Positions 35,343 through 40,885 of a DNA stretch of 40,885 bases are shown here, one piece after another. This DNA comes from a virus. Taxonomy: Duplodnaviria > Caudoviricetes. Within the stretch, counting starts at the first letter, position 1; each line of letters opens with the position of its first letter. The notes below the pieces were generated by a model that did not search any database, had not been told where the DNA came from, and saw only the letters and a program-made list of their open reading frames with translations. The stretch spans positions 1-40,885 of IMG/VR virus record IMGVR_UViG_3300037262_000043. The stretch is one strand, 5' to 3'. The position numbers and the translations under genes are program-made.

Positions 35343-35774
35343 ATGGTATACAGTCCAGCAAGCAACGTGACCATGGGACAGAACCCCAAGGATCTGATAG
35401 GCAACAAGAAGGTGTCCATCACCAAGTTCCCAGCAATCGGGACAGTGATGGGAGCAATGGCAATGATGGATGGAGCTGCCAAGTACGGACCTTATAACTG
35501 GCGCGGCAACTCCGTGATCGCGAGCATCTACATCGACGCACTTATGCGTCACGCTATGGCGTGGTTTGAAGGGCAGGAGACCGCTTCCGACAGCAAGGTT
35601 CATCACCTCGGTCACGCTATAGCCTGCGCAGCAATCATCCTGGATGCCCAGGCAACTGGCAATCTAGTGGACGACAGACCGTACGACCGGACAGTTCCGG
35701 AAGACAAGTCCGGCAACTGGTTCACGGACATGCTCGACAGGCTGAGCGATACGATCAAGTCGAAGGTGAAGTGA
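35343..35774 (+). CDS. dATP/dGTP diphosphohydrolase-like (DUF5664-type) protein
   Basis: GAAKYGPYNWR...Y.DALMRH..AWFEG...DS.VHHLGHA.AC..I..D...DDRP signature. Confidence 0.8.
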   Translation: MVYSPASNVTMGQNPKDLIGNKKVSITKFPAIGTVMGAMAMMDGAAKYGPYNWRGNSVIASIYIDALMRHAMAWFEGQETASDSKVHHLGHAIACAAIILDAQATGNLVDDRPYDRTVPEDKSGNWFTDMLDRLSDTIKSKVK

Positions 35775-35953
35775 TGTATCTTCAGACGACCATCAGCAGC
35801 CCCGGCAGCGAAGAGGACGCGGAAGAGTTCTTTCGCTTCTACGCGAAGTCAAACGGATTCAAAGTACTCGGTCAGGTGATCGTCGAGTGGCAGCTCAACC
35901 TGTTCTCGATCTTCCCTGATGCGTTCGTGAAGTCAAGAGTGAAAAGAATATGA
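35774..35953 (+). CDS. Hypothetical protein (59 aa)
   Basis: TGATG overlap with the upstream stop, preceded by AAGG. Confidence 0.55.
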   Translation: MYLQTTISSPGSEEDAEEFFRFYAKSNGFKVLGQVIVEWQLNLFSIFPDAFVKSRVKRI

Positions 35954-36066
35954 AGAAGGAAGAACCCAAGAAGTATGTGGAACCTGCTGGCAGCGGATGG
36001 AAGGAATTCCTTCACTGGGTCTATTGCCCAGACGCCCCAGGCAAGTGTAAGTGTAAGCCTCTATAG
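35950..36066 (+). CDS. Small hypothetical protein (38 aa, Cys-containing C-terminus)
   Basis: ATGA overlap; reads MKKEEPKKYVEPAGSGWKEFLHWVYCPDAPGKCKCKPL; the stop lies 10 nt inside tRNA-Thr. Confidence 0.35.
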   Translation: MKKEEPKKYVEPAGSGWKEFLHWVYCPDAPGKCKCKPL

Positions 36067-36133
36067 CTCAGTTGGTAGCAGCGACGGTTTTGTAAACCGT
36101 AGGTCGGCGGTTCGAACCCGTCTGGGGGCTCCA
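36057..36133 (+). tRNA. tRNA-Thr(TGT)
   Basis: Cloverleaf: GCCTCTA/TGGGGGC, anticodon arm ACGGT-TTTGTAA-ACCGT, TTCGAAC loop, CCA encoded. Confidence 0.92.
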
Positions 36134-36141
36134 CAAGATAA

Positions 36142-36215
36142 GCGGGTATAGTGTCAATGCAGCATGATTGGCTTCCACCCAATTGGTCAGAGTTCAAGTC
36201 TCTGTATCCGCTCCA
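36142..36215 (+). tRNA. tRNA-Gly(TCC)
   Basis: GCGGGTA/TATCCGC, ATTGG-CTTCCAC-CCAAT, TTCAAGT, CCA; D-loop lacks GG. Confidence 0.88.
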
Positions 36216-36251
36216 AGCCCGGTAAGCAGTCCGAGGAAAAAACTGCTATGT

Positions 36252-36333
36252 GCCCTTGTGGTGAAAAGGCAGACACAGCTGGCTTAGAACCAGCCGCGCG
36301 AGCGTGGGAGTTCGAATCTCTCCAGGGGCACCA
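36252..36333 (+). tRNA. tRNA-Leu(TAG)
   Basis: GCCCTTG/CAGGGGC, GCTGG-CTTAGAA-CCAGC, long variable arm, CCA. Confidence 0.92.
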
Positions 36334-36335
36334 GT

Positions 36336-36409
36336 CAGGGGATGGTGTAGCGGTAGCATCCGAGGTTTGGAACTTTGTGGCCCTGGTTCGATCCCAGGTT
36401 CCCTGACCA
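36336..36409 (+). tRNA. tRNA-Pro(TGG)
   Basis: CAGGGGA/TTCCCTG, CGAGG-TTTGGAA-CTTTG, TTCGATC, ACCA. Confidence 0.88.
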
Positions 36410-36422
36410 AGTTTAGATTTAC

Positions 36423-36501
36423 GCACGCGTAGCTCAGTTGGATTTAGAGCATCCGCCTACGAAGCGGAGGGTCGCAGGTTCAAGTCCTGCCGTGTGCACC
36501 A
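36423..36501 (+). tRNA. tRNA-Arg(ACG)
   Basis: GCACGCG/CGTGTGC, TCCGC-CTACGAA-GCGGA, TTCAAGT, CCA. Confidence 0.93.
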
Positions 36502-36512
36502 TTAGGAGAACC

Positions 36513-37976
36513 ATGATTGTCTATCCGAACAAGTATCACAGACTCAATCCCGCGCTGATTCAGCAGATCATCCTCGGCGGTAGCGGCGGCGGATCTGGAT
36601 TCCCGAACCCCATCGCGTGGTGGCTCATCAACGAAGGAACGGGTAGCACGTTCATCGACTCTGTCGCAGGTAACAACCTAACCAGCTCTGGTAATCCTCC
36701 GTCCAGTTGGGAATCCAACCCTGGAGACGGACTGATAGCCCCGTATGCCGTGTTCAACACCACGCAGAGTCTCCCCATGGAGACCGCGAGCGGAGCAGCA
36801 TTCAACTTTAGCGGAACGACTCCGTTCTCGGTCAGCAACTGGGTACTACTTAACACCCCCAGCGCCACGCAGCAGATTCTAGGAAATCTGGAAGCATCTC
36901 CTTCCTACTCAGGATGGGAAATTCTGGTGAACGATGGTGCTCTGCAGTTTGCCATCTATAGCAACTTTTCTTCTAGTCTCGGAATAGGACTGCACACGCC
37001 CCTGAACGCATTTCCCACAGGAATTAATACTCACATCGCAGTGACCTACAACGGGAATCAAGACGTCTCTGGTGTGACAATCTACATCAACGGGGTGTCC
37101 CAGACACTTACTACACAGCTTAACACGCTCTCGGGAAACGCCGTTTCGTCTACGTCTCCTCTACTAATGGGCGGACGTGTAGACGGTACCAACCTTCTCG
37201 GCGTTGAAGGAGCGGCAGAACAAGATTGTCGAATATACGACGTGACTCTGACACAGGCACAAGTCACCGCCCTGTATACAGCAGGACCGCTAGCGGGTCC
37301 TGTCCCTGCAGCGATTCACTTCTGGCCCATGAACGAAGGTTCGGGAGATACATTCTTTGACCAAATCGGAACCACGAACTTCACGGCAACAGGATTGACC
37401 TGGGCAACAAACACCGGCATGGGCGCTTCTGCAGTGGCACAGTTCACCCCAACAACACCGACAGTCGCCAACGCCAACGCCTACGACGCCAGCCTGGACT
37501 TCAATGGTACACAACCCTGGACTGTCGCCTTCTGGGCGTACCCAACACAGGGCGGCGCAATCTTATCCAACCTGGAAGTTAGTGGCGGATACACAGGGTG
37601 GGAAATAGGCACAGGTGCTGGCAACACCCAATGGCCCTCCATAGCCCCAGGCGTGAACGCCGGAGCCGCGTCATTCCTGCTGGTGTACAACAACAATGGG
37701 TTCGCTTTGTCGGCTGCGCAGTTCTGGGCCTTGACCTATGACGGCAGCAACACGGTCGCAGGGTGCAAGGCGTATCTCAACGGCAGTCCGATTTCCCTGA
37801 CCACATTCGAAGACACCTTCATTCCGCCAATATCCAGCACCCAGCCGATGCGCATCGGTCAGAGACCGGCAGACGGATCGGAGATATACGGAGGAGGACT
37901 GGCTTATATGCGAGTCTGGAATTCAGCACTGCCACAAACAAGCATAGCAGCACTGCAGCACGCAGGGCCAAAATAA
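36513..37976 (+). CDS. Tandem LamG / concanavalin A-like lectin domain protein
   Basis: ATG 36513 after SD AGGAG (the ORF-track start lies inside a tRNA). Two repeats of W..NEG.G.TF.D...F(S/T)V..W...(H/W).A.TY(N/D)G......Y.NG...R(I/V)(Y/W)...L. Confidence 0.82.
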   Translation: MIVYPNKYHRLNPALIQQIILGGSGGGSGFPNPIAWWLINEGTGSTFIDSVAGNNLTSSGNPPSSWESNPGDGLIAPYAVFNTTQSLPMETASGAAFNFSGTTPFSVSNWVLLNTPSATQQILGNLEASPSYSGWEILVNDGALQFAIYSNFSSSLGIGLHTPLNAFPTGINTHIAVTYNGNQDVSGVTIYINGVSQTLTTQLNTLSGNAVSSTSPLLMGGRVDGTNLLGVEGAAEQDCRIYDVTLTQAQVTALYTAGPLAGPVPAAIHFWPMNEGSGDTFFDQIGTTNFTATGLTWATNTGMGASAVAQFTPTTPTVANANAYDASLDFNGTQPWTVAFWAYPTQGGAILSNLEVSGGYTGWEIGTGAGNTQWPSIAPGVNAGAASFLLVYNNNGFALSAAQFWALTYDGSNTVAGCKAYLNGSPISLTTFEDTFIPPISSTQPMRIGQRPADGSEIYGGGLAYMRVWNSALPQTSIAALQHAGPK

Positions 37977-37984
37977 GGAGCACC

Positions 37985-38266
37985 ATGGCAAACGCAATTC
38001 TTTTCAACGCCGCTATCGCAACTGGCGGCACTCAGCAGGCACTAGATCCGAGCGGAGTAGAACCACTTTCCTACGCACAGACTCTGGTCATCAAGGCACT
38101 GGCAACAAACAGCGGCATCGTCTATGTCCAGGCAAAATTAGGCGCAGCGGCTACTACAGGCTTCCCTCTAGCCAAGGGCGAGCAGATTGTCGTTCTGCTC
38201 ACTAACACTGGGCTGTACGTCAACGGAGATACCACCAGCGACAAGTACGGAGTAGCAGGAAGCTAA
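37985..38266 (+). CDS. Hypothetical small beta-rich protein (93 aa)
   Basis: ATG 37985 after SD AAGGAG; IKALATNSGIVYV......GFPL..GE pattern seen in small phage proteins. Confidence 0.7.
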   Translation: MANAILFNAAIATGGTQQALDPSGVEPLSYAQTLVIKALATNSGIVYVQAKLGAAATTGFPLAKGEQIVVLLTNTGLYVNGDTTSDKYGVAGS

Positions 38267-38345
38267 GCGCGTGTAGTTCAGTTGGATTCAGAACAGCCGC
38301 CTTCTAAGCGGTAGGTCGCAGGTTCAAGTCCTGCCGCGCGCACCA
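38267..38345 (+). tRNA. tRNA-Arg(TCT)
   Basis: GCGCGTG/CGCGCGC, GCCGC-CTTCTAA-GCGGT, TTCAAGT, CCA. Confidence 0.93.
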
Positions 38346-38346
38346 C

Positions 38347-38423
38347 GCAAGAATAGCTCAATTGGTTAGAGCACTCGGTTGATAACCGAGAGGTTGGAGA
38401 TTCAAGTTCTTCTTCTTGCACCA
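38347..38423 (+). tRNA. tRNA-Ile(GAT)
   Basis: GCAAGAA/TTCTTGC, CTCGG-TTGATAA-CCGAG, CCA; T-stem closed by A-T instead of G-C. Confidence 0.88.
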
Positions 38424-38440
38424 TTTCGAAAGGGATTTAA

Positions 38441-39763
38441 ATGAAGACTGCTCTACTGTTTATCTTGCTCTTCGCTGCGACGCTATTCGCGCCCAAGGCA
38501 CATGCGCAGATCGGACCTTGGCCCTGCGGCGGTAACCAGAGTCAGACGACATTCCGTCCTCAGGTTCCGTATGTCACCGGCAACGTGGTCGAGTTCTACG
38601 GCATTTTCTATCAGGCTGTCCAAGGAAGCACTGGGCAAAATCCTTGCAACAACTTGCAGGTGAACTCCACGTACTGGACACAGCAGGTCGGAGCCAGCGG
38701 TCCTGTGCCGCCCACCGGTCAGCAGTTCGCGCCGGTACTCGATGCATCTAACTGCGCGCTGTCCACAAAGCCCTCCTGGTGCAACGGCACCGACATTGGC
38801 GCATGGGTAACGGCAGCTTCGACGTATCTAGGCAGCAACTACGGAGCGATCCTGGTTGACGCCTCGGTAGCATCATACAACCAGACAACGTCGATGAAGA
38901 TCAACCTGAAGAATCAGCTGTACTGTCAGGGCACCCCGATCTATTGGCAGAACAACAGCGGCGAGGCAGTGATCCTCGCAGGCCCTGAACTAGTGGGCGC
39001 GACGACATTGATCAGCGGTTGCAACTTCATTGGTCACGGAACACCGAGCGCGGTCACGGACATCGGACTTTATCTCGGCGGCGATCCCGCTGGTGTCATC
39101 AGCCCGTCCGGAGACTACGCGGATTTGGTAACAGTACTCAATACCCAGTTCTGGAGCTTCAACAAGGGCGTCACGAACGGGAACAACGTCTGGCTTCTCG
39201 GATTGCACAGCGTTCGTCTCCAGGCTAACACCTTTGGCATCTACGCCAACGTAAACGGTGCGACGAACACTGGCGAAGAGATGGTCATAGACGGCGGCTC
39301 AGCCATCTACAACGGCGGCACCGGGATCTACTTCAACGGCACGGGAGCGCAGTGGCGCATCAGCGATACATCCTTCGACTACAATACCGTCGCGGATCTC
39401 GCAGGCAACGTCAACGCCGATCTGAAGTCAGTGCACTTCGAAGGACATGAATCCTGCCCCATTGCTCCGACCGGTCTGACGCTGATCAACATTATCGGCG
39501 GCGACTGGTACTACGCTCAGGCATCCACAGCGGCACCAGGACTTATCTGTCCCGCATCGCCTAGCGCCAGCTCGCTGTACAACGTGAGCGGCTTCGGTCT
39601 CAACACAGGCGGCGCAGCGCTTACGAACTTGATTTATACTGGACTCAGCTCATCGGTTCTGTTCTGTCCTTACACACAGAACTTTGTACTGAACGGAGCG
39701 GTTGAGCCTGACTCTTGGGTTGTGGACTCGACGCACTTCGCGTGCGGCAGCCAGTCTCACTAA
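38441..39763 (+). CDS. Secreted-type protein with signal peptide and pectin-lyase-like beta-helix region
   Basis: MKTALLFILLFAATLFAPKAHA|Q; aromatic carbohydrate-binding-like module (Y.TGNVV.FYG.FY); GTDIGAW..AA and repeated GIY.N / F..N patterns. Confidence 0.65.
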   Translation: MKTALLFILLFAATLFAPKAHAQIGPWPCGGNQSQTTFRPQVPYVTGNVVEFYGIFYQAVQGSTGQNPCNNLQVNSTYWTQQVGASGPVPPTGQQFAPVLDASNCALSTKPSWCNGTDIGAWVTAASTYLGSNYGAILVDASVASYNQTTSMKINLKNQLYCQGTPIYWQNNSGEAVILAGPELVGATTLISGCNFIGHGTPSAVTDIGLYLGGDPAGVISPSGDYADLVTVLNTQFWSFNKGVTNGNNVWLLGLHSVRLQANTFGIYANVNGATNTGEEMVIDGGSAIYNGGTGIYFNGTGAQWRISDTSFDYNTVADLAGNVNADLKSVHFEGHESCPIAPTGLTLINIIGGDWYYAQASTAAPGLICPASPSASSLYNVSGFGLNTGGAALTNLIYTGLSSSVLFCPYTQNFVLNGAVEPDSWVVDSTHFACGSQSH

Positions 39764-39771
39764 GGAGGAGA

Positions 39772-39951
39772 ATGAAACGACCTGTACAAGGATCAGAGGC
39801 CCTTACAAAACCGTGGGAGCCTGACATCTATAACGATCACGTAGAGATCAGCAGCACGGACGCAGCTGGGAACACGGTGACGGTCGTCAAGACCTACCCT
39901 GTGAGTGTGGAAGAAATCCGCAAGCGCTTCAAAGATAGACAAGGTAAGTAA
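39772..39951 (+). CDS. Hypothetical protein (59 aa)
   Basis: ATG 39772 after SD AAGGAGG. Confidence 0.6.
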   Translation: MKRPVQGSEALTKPWEPDIYNDHVEISSTDAAGNTVTVVKTYPVSVEEIRKRFKDRQGK

Positions 39952-39965
39952 GGTTGTAGTATAAT
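39936..39965 (+). promoter_or_regulatory. Sigma70-type promoter TAGACA-N18-TATAAT driving the tRNA block
   Basis: TAGACA 39936-39941 and TATAAT 39960-39965, 7 nt before tRNA-Tyr. Confidence 0.65.
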
Positions 39966-39972
39966 GAGTTGT

Positions 39973-40061
39973 GCGTCTTTGGTTGAGAGGCTGAAAACGG
40001 CAGGCTGTAACCCTGCATCTCCACGGAGACATCGGTGGTTCGAATCCATCAGGACGCACCA
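39973..40061 (+). tRNA. tRNA-Tyr(GTA)
   Basis: GCGTCTT/AGGACGC, GCAGG-CTGTAAC-CCTGC, long variable arm TCTCC-AC-GGAGA, CCA. Confidence 0.92.
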
Positions 40062-40062
40062 T

Positions 40063-40138
40063 GCATTCGTAGCTCAATTGGCAGAGCAGTCGGCTCTTAA
40101 CCGAAAGGTTGCAGGATCGTTGCCTGCCGGATGCACCA
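40063..40138 (+). tRNA. tRNA-Lys(CTT)
   Basis: GCATTCG/CGGATGC, TCGG-CTCTTAA-CCGA, CCA; atypical T-loop ATCGTTG. Confidence 0.85.
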
Positions 40139-40141
40139 TGT

Positions 40142-40215
40142 TCCCCTGTCGTTCAATGGTAGGACAGCTGACTCTGAATCAGCGAATCTTCGTTCGAGTC
40201 GAGGCGAGGGAACCA
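40142..40215 (+). tRNA. tRNA-Gln(CTG)
   Basis: TCCCCTG/CGAGGGA (one mismatch), GCTGA-CTCTGAA-TCAGC, TTCGAGT, CCA. Confidence 0.88.
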
Positions 40216-40266
40216 AAAGCGGGAGCGACGGTTATGTTGAGTCCGTACACCGCAAAAGGAGGAAGT

Positions 40267-40437
40267 ATGCTATTGGGAGAATTGTACTACGAGATCTCGC
40301 AGACGAATTTACTGTGGATCTTGGAACAAGCCGTGCAGCTTCACACTATAGAGGGAGCTGACCCAAAGATCCAAGCACGCAACTTTCTGCAGATGTTAGC
40401 AGGCAGAAGCATGCTCAAGATCACAGCGACAGCATAA
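40267..40437 (+). CDS. Hypothetical protein (56 aa)
   Basis: ATG 40267 after SD AAGGAGG; the upstream part of the ORF-track call runs through tRNAs. Confidence 0.6.
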   Translation: MLLGELYYEISQTNLLWILEQAVQLHTIEGADPKIQARNFLQMLAGRSMLKITATA

Positions 40438-40445
40438 GGAGGATT

Positions 40446-40676
40446 ATGTCACAACTGAAAGTGCAAGTCGGTCAAGCGGTGCAGTACGTAGGTCTCTCTG
40501 ATGAGACGCTAGCAGCGGTCGTCACCAAGATCAACAGCAACGGAACCGTGAACCTTCGGGTCTACCAAGATGGCGAAGTTGAGGCCCTCCTGGCTCCGAA
40601 CGTCCCACAGTACGTTGACACCTTCGAAGCGCGCAAGCTAGATCAGGCGCACTCGTTCAAGGTCCTGTCGCGTTAA
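40446..40676 (+). CDS. Hypothetical protein (76 aa, SH3-like pattern)
   Basis: SD AAGGAGG; VGQAVQYV......AAVVTKINSNGTVNL.VY pattern. Confidence 0.7.
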   Translation: MSQLKVQVGQAVQYVGLSDETLAAVVTKINSNGTVNLRVYQDGEVEALLAPNVPQYVDTFEARKLDQAHSFKVLSR

Positions 40677-40689
40677 ACTTTTCACATGC

Positions 40690-40766
40690 AGGCACGTGGT
40701 CCAGCGGCCTACGACGCCGGTCTCCAAAACCGTGCAACCTCGGTTCGAATCCGAGCGAGCCTGCCA
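40690..40766 (+). tRNA. tRNA-Trp(CCA)
   Basis: AGGCACG/CGAGCCT, CGGT-CTCCAAA-ACCG, TTCGAAT, GCCA. Confidence 0.88.
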
Positions 40767-40773
40767 AACATTT

Positions 40774-40847
40774 CGCGGGGAGGATGCTGGCTCCCAAGCG
40801 GCCTCATAAGCCGTCCCACGCACGTTCGATTCGTGCCCCCGCGACCA
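40774..40847 (+). tRNA. tRNA-Met(CAT), fMet-like acceptor, atypical D-arm
   Basis: CGCGGGG/CCCCGCG, GCGGC-CTCATAA-GCCGT, GCACG-TTCGATT-CGTGC, ACCA. Confidence 0.78.
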
Positions 40848-40885
40848 AGAACACACCAGCCAAGCCTATCCCTGACAGGGCGCTT

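Noticed and set aside
36225-36247. Small spacer hairpin AGCAGT/ACTGCT with GGA in the loop between tRNA-Gly and tRNA-Leu (similar small hairpin near 40219-40253)
   Set aside because: Short isolated stems in tRNA spacers, with no further support for an independent function.
36164-36512. ORFs 36164..36406, 36187..36426 and the 36438 start
   Set aside because: They overlap well-formed tRNA genes.
39793-40856. ORFs 39793..40077, 39964..40266 (5' part), 40131..40361 and 40638..40856
   Set aside because: They overlap tRNA genes; only the SD-supported starts at 40267 and 40446 were kept.
1-40885. Stop-codon reassignment or suppressor tRNA
   Set aside because: Genes tile densely under the standard code, TAA, TAG and TGA all end genes at sensible boundaries, and no CTA, TCA or TTA anticodon was found.
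1-40885. CRISPR array, diversity-generating retroelement, intein or group I/II intron
   Set aside because: No regularly spaced repeats, reverse transcriptase motifs, template/variable repeat pair, intein termini or split genes were seen by eye.

Overview
This window is a roughly 41 kb segment of a tailed dsDNA bacteriophage with podovirus-like morphogenesis genes. All credible genes lie on the + strand. The order is: large terminase (5'-truncated), hypothetical, putative scaffold, RimI-like GNAT, a structured ~190-nt leader, major capsid protein and terminator. Next come decoration/Ig-like proteins, two paralogous Cys/His-domain proteins, two paralogous head-tail adaptor-like proteins flanking a 1472-aa signal-peptide-bearing fibre-like protein, and tail-fibre-like genes. 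A P22-like portal lies about 16 kb from the terminase, followed by a nozzle-like protein, a GNAT plus ejection proteins, an Endonuclease VII, a cell-wall-hydrolase-like gene with a probable ATT start and a holin-like gene. The right end has sigma70-type promoters, a metallophosphoesterase, a dATP/dGTP diphosphohydrolase-like gene and 12 tRNA genes interleaved with lectin-like and secreted-protein genes. The most unusual signals are RNA-level: repeated GGATT-loop hairpins in the capsid leader with a complementary element 3.3 kb downstream, recurring Shine-Dalgarno-in-hairpin elements and a pseudoknot candidate. All functional calls come from motif recognition by eye; no database searches or folding programs were run.
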